This document shows positions 27,972 through 35,992 of a stretch of DNA of 56,604 nucleotides, piece by piece. The position numbers and the translations under genes were made by a program. Position 1 is the stretch's first letter. Each line of letters starts with the position of its first letter. Location of the stretch: positions 1-56,604 of the forward strand of contig JAIOPR010000096.1 of NCBI GenBank assembly GCA_021413805.1. Reading direction: 5' to 3'. Origin of the DNA: Planctomycetota bacterium (GTDB lineage Bacteria > Planctomycetota > MHYJ01 > WSZJ01). The notes under the pieces are model-generated. The model worked only from the letters and a program-made list of their open reading frames with translations, made no database searches and had not been told where the DNA came from.

Positions 27972-28043
27972 TTCGACTCGCCCGGCGTGAGCGAGCGCCA
28001 GCGAGTCGAACGGCTGGCGTTCGCTCACGTCGGGCGAGTCGAA
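27972..28043. other. long interrupted hairpin (13 + 9 bp stem)
   Basis: TTCGACTCGCCCG (27972-27984) pairs with CGGGCGAGTCGAA (28031-28043). CGTGAGCGA (27986-27994) pairs with TCGCTCACG (28021-28029). The loop contains GAGTCGAAC, which could pair alternatively with the 5' arm. Confidence 0.7.
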
Positions 28044-28066
28044 GGATCCGCCGCCACGCTTCGCGC

Positions 28067-28192
28067 TGGAATTGCGACCGCCACGAGGCGTCGGGTGGCC
28101 GTCCGTGAAGCGTTTGCATCCGGAATGCCCCGCCGACCTGGGCGCAAACAGGGCGGACGGCGGCACGGAGGCGGGTTCGAAGTTCCCATGGG
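28067..28192 (+). repeat. promoter-plus-leader repeat, copy B (orphan, degenerate)
   Basis: TGGAAT-N18-TCGGGT at the promoter positions; the remainder aligns with copy A. No plus-strand gene follows. Confidence 0.8.
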
Positions 28193-28196
28193 TCCG

Positions 28197-30209
28197 CTAC
28201 CTGGGCGCAAACACCACGTTGTATTCGTCCGCCACCGACTCGGTCAGGTTGATCGTCAGCGTCCCGTCGTCCTTCCGCAGCAGGAGGTCGTTCTCCGCGA
28301 AATCGAGCATCCAGCCGTCGAGGATCCAGTCGGCGAACCACGTGGCCGTGATCTCGCGCGTCCTGCCGTCCTCGATCACGAGGCAGTGGTCGCCGCGGCT
28401 GTTCGAAGAGAAGGCGAGGAGGCGACCGTCGGGGCGGAAGCGGCAGTTGCCCTGCATGGAGACTGCGAAGCCCCCGGGGTCGGGGAGGGTTGTGGACGTG
28501 CCTTTGCCGACGTCGTAGATCTCGATCGTGTTGACCTTCTCCCCCTTGCCGATCCACGCGAAGGCGATCCGGGATCCGTCGGGCGACCACGCGGGCTTGT
28601 AGACCGACGTGTGGGCCTCGCCGGCGGGGGTCACCTCCCCGGTCGCCAGGTCCAGCACGTGGATCCGGCCCTTTCCCGGGAACGCGATCGCGCCGCCGTC
28701 GGGACTCCACGCGAACAGGTTGAGGAACACCGTCTCCACCTTGAGCGTCCGCACGCCGCCTTCCGCCATCCAGACGCAGAACGCGCCGCCCGTGCTCCAC
28801 GCGATGCGGCGGCCGTCCGGCGACCAGGCGAGCGAGCCCGTGGCGCCGTCGGCGATTTTCTCGGAAGCGCCGGTCTCGAGGTCGAGGAGGAAGAGCCGGC
28901 CGTCGTCGTGGCGCACGGCCACCCGTTTCCCGTCGGGGGCCGGCCGCGCGCTGCCGCCGCCGTCGGACAGCTTTTTCGGCGCGGCCGCCCCGGTGAGGTC
29001 GAAACGGTAGAGGCCCGTGGAGCCGTCCGGCGCCGTCCCGCACCCGATCGCCACTTTGCCGCCTGGGACCGGCATCGCGCTCCAGACGTCCCGGAGCTCG
29101 CCGCTCGCCTTGCGCACGTCGCTTCCGTCGAGATTCATCGACCAGAGCGCGCGCGTCCCGTCGCGGTCCGACCCGAACACGAGGCGCCCCTTGTCGCGCA
29201 GGAGGAGCCGCTCCCGGAATGCGGCGATCGCGGGAGCCTCGCCTTTCACCCCCGGGATCAGTGCCGCCGGGAGGTCGCGCAGCACCCGCCGCGCCACCCG
29301 CGCCCGGCGGCCGTCCGCCGAAGCGAGTGACGCCAGCCAGCCGGGAAGTTCCCCCGCCTCGAGCTTGCTCCCGTCCGGCGTCTTCTCGAAGCCGAGGTCC
29401 ATGAGGGCGAAGCGGTCGCCCTTCGCGCCCGCCCACCACTCGCGCCACCAGTTCAGCGACTCCTCCGGCAGTTCGATCCGCACTTTCGGCGGATCGTCGC
29501 TCATCCGCCAGACGACGCCGGCGCTGGCACAGATAAAGCGGAGTTCGTCGAGCGTGGAGTGGGACTTGTCGGAGGCGCGGGGCGGCAGGGCGCAGGCGGC
29601 GAGGCGCGAGGCCGCCTCGTCGGTCGCTTCGTAGTCTCCTTTGAGGAACATATCGAGCTGCTGGCGCGCGGGGAAGGGCTCGCTCGAGGCCATGGAGCAG
29701 CCGAGGCTTTCGACGCGCGCCGTCTTCCTCGGCGCCAGGAGCCACGACAGGAGTTCTCCAGCCGCGTCGCCGGCGGTGCCCGTCGGATCGGCCTCGAGCA
29801 GTTCCAGCGCGGAATCGACGAGCGTCGTGCCGCGGGCCGCTGCGGCCCACGCCTTGATCGCAGTGCGCCGCGCCGCCACGTCCTCCCCCGAGATCGCTGC
29901 CCAGCGCGACTGCAGTTCCGCGTTTTCAGGCCGCTTCACGATCTCCTTCACATGGAAGCGCCTGAGGATCGCCCCGGCGCGACCCCTGGCCTCCGGAGAC
30001 CCGGACGCGACGACGTCCCGAAGGACCGCCGCCGCGGATTCTCCGGCGGCCTCGAGCGCGGCCGACGCCGTGTCCCGCACCTGCGGATCGTCGTCGTCCA
30101 GCTGCCGGGCGAGGTCCTTGAGGCCGTCGCCGTCGCCTGCGAAGGCGGCGAGGGCCATCGCGGCAGCCAGGCTGAACGCAGCGGCAAGACGTCGGATTTG
30201 CGAGCTCAC
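28197..30209 (-). CDS. secreted HEAT-like + TolB/PD40-type beta-propeller protein
   Basis: GTG at 30209 gives the signal peptide VSSQIRRLAAAFSLAAAMALAAFA. PD40-like repeats (LVFGSDRDGTRALWSMNLDGS, WSPDGRRIAW, WSPDGSRIAF). The ORF-track N-terminus (to 30470) is a translation of repeat copy C. Confidence 0.8.
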   Translation of the reverse strand: MSSQIRRLAAAFSLAAAMALAAFAGDGDGLKDLARQLDDDDPQVRDTASAALEAAGESAAAVLRDVVASGSPEARGRAGAILRRFHVKEIVKRPENAELQSRWAAISGEDVAARRTAIKAWAAAARGTTLVDSALELLEADPTGTAGDAAGELLSWLLAPRKTARVESLGCSMASSEPFPARQQLDMFLKGDYEATDEAASRLAACALPPRASDKSHSTLDELRFICASAGVVWRMSDDPPKVRIELPEESLNWWREWWAGAKGDRFALMDLGFEKTPDGSKLEAGELPGWLASLASADGRRARVARRVLRDLPAALIPGVKGEAPAIAAFRERLLLRDKGRLVFGSDRDGTRALWSMNLDGSDVRKASGELRDVWSAMPVPGGKVAIGCGTAPDGSTGLYRFDLTGAAAPKKLSDGGGSARPAPDGKRVAVRHDDGRLFLLDLETGASEKIADGATGSLAWSPDGRRIAWSTGGAFCVWMAEGGVRTLKVETVFLNLFAWSPDGGAIAFPGKGRIHVLDLATGEVTPAGEAHTSVYKPAWSPDGSRIAFAWIGKGEKVNTIEIYDVGKGTSTTLPDPGGFAVSMQGNCRFRPDGRLLAFSSNSRGDHCLVIEDGRTREITATWFADWILDGWMLDFAENDLLLRKDDGTLTINLTESVADEYNVVFAPR

Positions 30210-30376
30210 ACCGATAGAAAATTCGAAACCGCCCTTCGCGCCGCCGGCCGCGGGAGATTCGTCCTGAATCTGCCCCCGGCGCCCCCCGGGGGGCGTCGGG
30301 GGCAGGTTGGCCGGGCCGGCGCGGTGCGAACGCTTCACAGCGGGCCACTCTAGACCTGCCGGCGAGTGCAAATCAA
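30210..30376 (-). repeat. promoter-plus-leader repeat, copy C
   Basis: On the minus strand: TTGATT (30376-30371), 18-nt spacer, TAGAGT (30352-30347), then GTGAAGCGTTCGCAC ... GGCGGCGCGAAGGGCGGTTTCGAATTTTCTATCGG, abutting the GTG at 30209. Carries a ~40 nt GC-rich insertion relative to copy A. Confidence 0.85.
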
Positions 30377-30430
30377 GCGCAGCGGCGCGCGGAATTCGCG
30401 GCGCGGCGCTGGCGGGCAAGACGTTCAGTG

Positions 30431-30460
30431 CGTTTCCGCGGACGTTTCCGTGCGTTTCCG
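30431..30460. repeat. three direct CGTTTCCG repeats
   Basis: CGTTTCCG at 30431, 30443 and 30453 (spacing 12 and 10 nt), 55-85 nt beyond the predicted -35 of copy C. Confidence 0.8.
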
Positions 30461-30502
30461 CGTCAGGCACTTTCTTGTCAACTCAACTTCGTCCCTATTG
30501 GT

Positions 30503-31807
30503 TCACGTGCGCGGCCGCGGCGCCTGCGAAGCCCGGATGATCGTCGTCACGCGCTCGACGGTCTTCGCCTGGTCCTTCCGGATCGTGAACACCCCGAGGA
30601 TGCACGCCGCGGCGCTGACGAGGAGGCCGACGGGCATCCAGAGGTAGGCGTGCAGGAGGCCGCCGGCCTTGATGACCTTGCCGAAGATCGGGGGCGAAAT
30701 CGTGTCGCCGAACGCGTGCATGCAGAAAATCACGGTGGCGTAGGCCATGGCGCGGGCGTTCGGGGCGCTGATGTTGGCGATCGTCGTGTTGAGCGTTGGC
30801 GTGCAGCTCATGAAAAACATCACGCCGAAGAAAAGCGACGGGAGGTAAACCCACGTCGAGTGCGCGAGGATCGCGGTCCAGAGGCAGGCGACGCCGCCGA
30901 GCAGGCCGATCGACGCCACGATCAGGTACCCGCCCGGGACCCCGCGCTTCGAAATCCGGTCCCCCGCCCAGCCGCCGAGAAGTGTCCCGATAATCCCGGG
31001 AAGGATCAGCGTCCCGCCGATCATGATGTTCGCGCGCTTCACCGACAGCCCTTTCACGCCCTCGAAAAACTTGGGCATCCAGTGAAGAAGCGGCACCGTC
31101 GCGAACGCGATGCCGGTGAGGGCGATGGTGACGAGGAGGAACGTGCGGTTGCGGAAGAGCGCGAGCTGCTCCCAGAGGTTGGCTTTGGCGGGAAGCGGCG
31201 CGTGCATATCGAGTTCGAGGTCCATCGCGCCGCGCGCCGGCTCGGCGACGATCCAGCAGAGGAGAGCGGCGGCGATGCCGGGGATCGCGACGGCCCCGAA
31301 CGTCCCGCGCCAGCCGAGTTCCCAGCCCGCGAGGCGCATCGTCGGGAGCAATCCCCCCAGCACGAAACCGGCGGCGCTTCCGATCGGCACCCCTGTGTAG
31401 AAAACGCTCAGCGCCTTGCCGCGCGATTCTTTCGAGAATAAGTCCGCGATCAGCGGCGGGCCGACGGTCAGGAATCCCGCTTCGCCGACCCCGATGAAAA
31501 CGCGGGCGAGGAGCAGAGTCTTGTAGCCAATGGCGAGGCCTGACGCGGCGGTCGCGAGGGACCAGACGAGGCAGCAGACGGCGATGATGCGCGGACGAGT
31601 CCAGCGGTCGGCCAGCGAGCCGATGATCGGCGAGCTGACCATGTAGCCGAGCGTGAAGACCGTGGCAAGCCAGCCTTCCTGGTCCGCCTTGAGGACGAGC
31701 TCGTGCGAGACCTTCGACAGGACCGCCGAGAGGATGTAGCGGTCCGCGTAGTTAAGGAAATTGATGAAGAACAGGATGGCGAGGGCGGCGGAGGCGCGGC
31801 GGATCAT
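30503..31807 (-). CDS. MFS transporter (Spinster-like)
   Basis: 12 TM helices. FLNYADRY and GSLADRWTRPRI (MFS motif A-like). Confidence 0.88.
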   Translation of the reverse strand: MIRRASAALAILFFINFLNYADRYILSAVLSKVSHELVLKADQEGWLATVFTLGYMVSSPIIGSLADRWTRPRIIAVCCLVWSLATAASGLAIGYKTLLLARVFIGVGEAGFLTVGPPLIADLFSKESRGKALSVFYTGVPIGSAAGFVLGGLLPTMRLAGWELGWRGTFGAVAIPGIAAALLCWIVAEPARGAMDLELDMHAPLPAKANLWEQLALFRNRTFLLVTIALTGIAFATVPLLHWMPKFFEGVKGLSVKRANIMIGGTLILPGIIGTLLGGWAGDRISKRGVPGGYLIVASIGLLGGVACLWTAILAHSTWVYLPSLFFGVMFFMSCTPTLNTTIANISAPNARAMAYATVIFCMHAFGDTISPPIFGKVIKAGGLLHAYLWMPVGLLVSAAACILGVFTIRKDQAKTVERVTTIIRASQAPRPRT

Positions 31808-31871
31808 GGGTGGGCCGAGACTCTACAACATCGCTCGGTTTGAAAGGTGATTCAGCCGATACAATGAAGCG

Positions 31872-32300
31872 ATGCGCCCCACTTCGACCCTCGTCGTCGC
31901 CCTGGCCGTGATGGCCGCGATGGGCACCCTTGCCGCCCTCGTGGCGCGCGCCGGGTTCGCGCACGACCCGGCCGACGACGAGATGCTCGACATCCCGCTC
32001 GACCGCGTCGAGAACACGATCACGCTTCCCCCCGACCACAACGCCCGCGCCACCTACGGCATCGATCCCGTGCTGCACATCCGCCGCCGGAACGAGGCCG
32101 AAACGCGCCGCCGACTCGAGTTCTACCGCCCTGCCATCCAGGACGCGCTTCAGGCCGCGGTTGCCCGCTTCCATTACACGAGCCTGCAGCGAAGCGAATC
32201 GCGCGGGATACTGGCGGGGGAAGTCCGGGATGCGGTTAACGGGATCCTGGGCGGCCCGTTTGTGGAAGGTGTCACCGTGGTCCGCGGCGGAGCGCCGTAG
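31872..32300 (+). CDS. single-pass membrane protein, weakly FliL-like
   Basis: N-terminal TM helix, then a pattern reminiscent of FliL (..RLEFYRPAIQDALQAAVARFHYTSL...GILAGEVRDAVNGIL). TACAAT lies 6 nt upstream of the ATG. The functional call is weak. Confidence 0.45.
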   Translation: MRPTSTLVVALAVMAAMGTLAALVARAGFAHDPADDEMLDIPLDRVENTITLPPDHNARATYGIDPVLHIRRRNEAETRRRLEFYRPAIQDALQAAVARFHYTSLQRSESRGILAGEVRDAVNGILGGPFVEGVTVVRGGAP

Positions 32301-32369
32301 GCCACAAATTCTCGCGGCGCCTGACGTTATGTCATTGACTCCGGCGCCGCGAACCGTTAAGAGGAACGT

Positions 32370-34286
32370 ATGCGTCTTGAGAAACTCCCCACGGGCATTC
32401 GCATTACAGCGGAGGACGAGGTTTTCCTCGACCTTACGACGCTGCAGTACGAGGACATCTACTACGCCCTGCCCCTCGACTGCAACGCCCTGTACATGCT
32501 CATGAACGGGACGGTTCTCACGGAGCCGGACGACCGCGCGATCCTGCAGTTCATCGTCGAGGCGAACGGCGGCGTTGACGAAGCGATGCAGAAGCTGCAG
32601 GACCTGGTGCAGGCCACGCCGCCGCTTTCCGCGAGCGTGACGATCGAGCAGAAGGCCCCTGAGCCGGCGCCCGCGCCCGCGCCGCCCCCCAAGCCGGTCG
32701 CACCCCCGAAACCTGTCGCGCCCGCCGAGGACGAACCCTTCGAGATCTCTGTCGAGACGAACCGCCCCGCGATCGACCCCTTCGCCGACCTGATGGCGAA
32801 TGCAAAGAACGAGGACAAGCCGTTCGAGGCAATTGTCACGCTGCCGCCGGAGCCCAAGGCGCCGCCGAAACCCGTCGTTACGGCCGCACAGCGCCCCGGC
32901 ACGCAGGTTTTCGAGCAGAAAAAGCAGCTCCCGATCCAGATCCAGGTGCAGCCCGACGGGAAGCGCGTCCGGATCACGGTGGGCTCGAAAGCACTGGACC
33001 TGGGAGTCGTGCGCTATGAGGACCTCTACTACGCGGTCCCGGGCGACAACGCGAGCCTCTTCCGCCTGATCAACGACACGATCCTCAATCGCGCCGAAGA
33101 GCGCGATGCGCTGAAAGACATCCTCGGCCTCCTCGGCGGCATCGATACCGGCATGACCGCGCTTCAGGGCGCCGTCCAGAAATGCGAGCCGCCGCCGAAG
33201 AAGGCGAAGTCTTCTCCGCCGTCCGTGGGTGGCGCGAAGCCGGCCTCAACGGTCCAGGTGACCGGGCCGAAGACGGGCGCGTTCCGGCCGCAGTCCAGCG
33301 TGAACCCCGGCGGACAGCCGCAGCCGAAGACGGGCGCGTTCCCTTCGCCGGTCAAGCCCGCCGTCCCGACCGTGCAGCCCGTCGGCGGTGCTCCCAAGCC
33401 CGCGACCGCGCCGGCTGTGGCACCGAAGGCCCCGCCCGTCACGCCCGTCGCTCCGTCCGTCGCGGCGAAAGCCCCGACCCTGACACCGGTTGCGCCGGCG
33501 GCGAAGAGCCCCGCGTCGCCGTCGGTCGGTGGCAAGATCCCCGCGCCGCCCTCTCTGTCCGGCGGCAAGCCGGCCGTCGCCGTGCCGCCCGCCGCCGCAG
33601 CCAAGGCGCCCAGCGCTCCGCCCAAGTCGGTCGCGCCGCCCCCCGTCGCCCCCAAGCCCGGTCCGCCTTCGCTCGTGAAACCCGGCGGTATTCGCCCCTT
33701 CACCGTGGACGTCCCGGACGAAGTCGACGATGTCGAGCTCGTGGACGACGTCGAAGAATTGCCCGTCGCGCCGATCGCCGGCCGCGCCGGTGCGCCGCTC
33801 CCCGCTTCCAAAGTCTCCGCTGTCCCGCCCGCCGCCGCGAAATCCCCCGCTTCGATGGCCAAGCCCGCCGGCCCCGTCACCAAGGCCGGCGCACCCGCAA
33901 CGCTTCCCGCCGCTTCCCCGCAGTCCCTCGCCAAGAAGAAGGGCAAGGAGATCGACCGCCCCTCCGGCGTCAGCCAGATCAAGATGTCCAAGGAAGACAT
34001 GGAGCGGACGGGCGTGAAAGTCAAGCCGGTGGCCGGCGTCGGGTACCAGATCATCTGCAAGGAGTACTACATCCAGCTTTCGAAAGGCCAGTACCAGGAG
34101 CTGCACTACGCGCTTCCGATGCCGGTCATGAACATGTTCAAGCTGGTGCATAACGACCTGCTGAAGGATCCGGGTTCGCGGGGCGTGCTGATGAAGATGA
34201 TCAACCTGGCGGGCGGGCCGAAGGAATTCATGTCGGCGCTGTCGATCCAGGTGCAGGCGATCAAGCCCACGGAGGACTGGCAGTAA
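32370..34286 (+). CDS. Pro/Ala-rich protein with three copies of a ~75-aa domain of unknown function
   Basis: AAGAGGAA Shine-Dalgarno box 5 nt upstream. Domain copies at about 32370-32618, 32950-33185 and 34010-34283 share (I/V)..(L/I)....(Y/Q)(E/Q)(D/E)(I/L)(Y/H)YA(L/V)P. Confidence 0.75.
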   Translation: MRLEKLPTGIRITAEDEVFLDLTTLQYEDIYYALPLDCNALYMLMNGTVLTEPDDRAILQFIVEANGGVDEAMQKLQDLVQATPPLSASVTIEQKAPEPAPAPAPPPKPVAPPKPVAPAEDEPFEISVETNRPAIDPFADLMANAKNEDKPFEAIVTLPPEPKAPPKPVVTAAQRPGTQVFEQKKQLPIQIQVQPDGKRVRITVGSKALDLGVVRYEDLYYAVPGDNASLFRLINDTILNRAEERDALKDILGLLGGIDTGMTALQGAVQKCEPPPKKAKSSPPSVGGAKPASTVQVTGPKTGAFRPQSSVNPGGQPQPKTGAFPSPVKPAVPTVQPVGGAPKPATAPAVAPKAPPVTPVAPSVAAKAPTLTPVAPAAKSPASPSVGGKIPAPPSLSGGKPAVAVPPAAAAKAPSAPPKSVAPPPVAPKPGPPSLVKPGGIRPFTVDVPDEVDDVELVDDVEELPVAPIAGRAGAPLPASKVSAVPPAAAKSPASMAKPAGPVTKAGAPATLPAASPQSLAKKKGKEIDRPSGVSQIKMSKEDMERTGVKVKPVAGVGYQIICKEYYIQLSKGQYQELHYALPMPVMNMFKLVHNDLLKDPGSRGVLMKMINLAGGPKEFMSALSIQVQAIKPTEDWQ

Positions 34287-34936
34287 TGGACTCCCCGATC
34301 GCACCGTCCGCGATGCGCCGCGCCGAAGACGGGCCGGCGTACGACCTGGTGTCGCTCGGGCTGGTCGTCCTGACGATCCTGCTCGTCGGCGTCTGGACGA
34401 CGCATTATTTCCGCGAGCCGGCCAGCGATGACATGGATTACAAGAAGGTCGTTGCCGGCCTGCCTCACATCGAAAACATTCCGGACCCGGTCCCGGAAGA
34501 CCTCTCCAAAGTCCTGACGTCCGGCGGGAATCTCAAAGCGGCGCAGTGGGCCGATTTCAACCTTCGCTCCCCCGGCGGCAACGAGATCTCGTCGCAGTTC
34601 CGGGACCACCTCAAGCGTTCCCTCGAGCAGGAAGAACAGGAGCGCTCGTTCCTCATCTGGCGGAAGACGCACGGCGATGAGCAGTCCCGCATTGAGGCGA
34701 GCGCCATCCTGGCGGAGCAGGACGAGGAAGGCGGCACGCCGGCCCGCGTTTACGCCCGGAAATGGTACGAGATCCGCTCCGCCTGGCTCGACTCCCGCGA
34801 CGCGGAAAAGGTGGACGTCGGCGCGCACCTCGACTTCGCTCAGCTCCTGAAGGACCTCGGCATGAAGTACGAAGCCGCCGCCGAAATCGAAAAGGTCCGC
34901 CGCGCGCGCCCCGACTGGCCCGGCTCGCTGAAGTAG
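34286..34936 (+). CDS. membrane-anchored hypothetical protein
   Basis: ATG overlaps the preceding TAA (TAATG). One TM helix (LVSLGLVVLTILLVGVW). Confidence 0.6.
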   Translation: MDSPIAPSAMRRAEDGPAYDLVSLGLVVLTILLVGVWTTHYFREPASDDMDYKKVVAGLPHIENIPDPVPEDLSKVLTSGGNLKAAQWADFNLRSPGGNEISSQFRDHLKRSLEQEEQERSFLIWRKTHGDEQSRIEASAILAEQDEEGGTPARVYARKWYEIRSAWLDSRDAEKVDVGAHLDFAQLLKDLGMKYEAAAEIEKVRRARPDWPGSLK

Positions 34937-34950
34937 CGCGACGCCGCCCC

Positions 34951-35412
34951 TCAGGCGTCAAACGAGCGGATCAACGTCTGGATCGCTTCGTCCGCCAGCC
35001 GCAACCGCGCCGCCGTCTTCTTCAGCAGCCCCCTCAAAATCCGCACGGCCAGCGGCGCATCCGACGCCAGCAGCACATCCAGCTCGCGTTTCTCGATGAT
35101 CTTCACCCGCGAGTCGCGCGACGCCGCCGCGCTCGACGACCGCGGCCGGTCCTCGAACATCGACAGCTCGCCGAAAATCTCCCCGTGCTCGAGGATCGCA
35201 ATCCGCGTCGGCACCCCGTTGCCGTTCGTCTTCGAGATCTCGATCGCGCCGGATTCGATGATGAAGAGCTTGTCCCCGGGCTCGCGCTCGGAGTAAACGG
35301 CGTCGCCCTTCGAGAACGCCCGGTCGCGGCAGATCGCTGCCACGCGCTCGAGCTCCGAATCGGTGAGCGCGCTGAACGTATCGACTTCGCGGAGGAATTT
35401 CTTGAGTTCCAT
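34951..35412 (-). CDS. cyclic nucleotide-binding domain protein (no HTH)
   Basis: cNMP-binding fold: GD.LFIIESG...FGELS...PRSSSAAA. Confidence 0.8.
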   Translation of the reverse strand: MELKKFLREVDTFSALTDSELERVAAICRDRAFSKGDAVYSEREPGDKLFIIESGAIEISKTNGNGVPTRIAILEHGEIFGELSMFEDRPRSSSAAASRDSRVKIIEKRELDVLLASDAPLAVRILRGLLKKTAARLRLADEAIQTLIRSFDA

Positions 35413-35493
35413 GGGCGCGGCATTCTACGCCTCGCCGGGAATCCACCTCGCGAAATATTGCCCCGTCGCGCCGTCTCGCGCGTTCAATCGGGA

Positions 35494-35913
35494 ATGCCCA
35501 TGGGATACACCTTCTTCGACCACACCGGTGACATCGCCGTCGAACTCTCGGCGCCGACCGCCGAAGGTCTGTTCGCGACGGCGGCGCTGGCGTTCGCCGA
35601 AGCGGTTTCGGACACGAAGAATGTGGAGCCGCGGGTGACGCGGGAAATCCGCGCGACCGGCGACGATTTCCCGGACACGCTGAACCGCTTCATCACGGAA
35701 CTACTCGTGATCTTCGACGAAGACCGGCTGCTGCTGCCCTACGTGGCGATCCACGAACTCGGCGAGCACAGCGTCGTGGCGACGGCGAGCGGGGAAAAAT
35801 ACGACCCCGAGCGCCACGAAGGCCGCACGGAGCTGAAGGCCGTCACCTACCACGGCCTGAAGGCGGAGCGTTCCCCGGAAGGCTGGCGCGCGACCGTCGT
35901 TTTCGACGTTTGA
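35494..35913 (+). CDS. archease
   Basis: MPMGYTFFDHTGDIAVE...ELKAVTYHGL; internal ATG of ORF 34762..35913. Sits immediately upstream of rtcB. Confidence 0.88.
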   Translation: MPMGYTFFDHTGDIAVELSAPTAEGLFATAALAFAEAVSDTKNVEPRVTREIRATGDDFPDTLNRFITELLVIFDEDRLLLPYVAIHELGEHSVVATASGEKYDPERHEGRTELKAVTYHGLKAERSPEGWRATVVFDV

Positions 35914-35992
35914 CCCAACCCTCAACCCATCAACCCACCAACCGCCTTCACCACTTCCGAACCATTTCTCCTGCCAATCGATCAAGAGCGCC

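Noticed and set aside
30210-30470. N-terminal 87 codons of ORF 28197..30470
   Set aside because: This stretch is the translation of repeat copy C (promoter plus leader). A GTG at 30209 yields a proper signal peptide, so the upstream extension is treated as non-coding.
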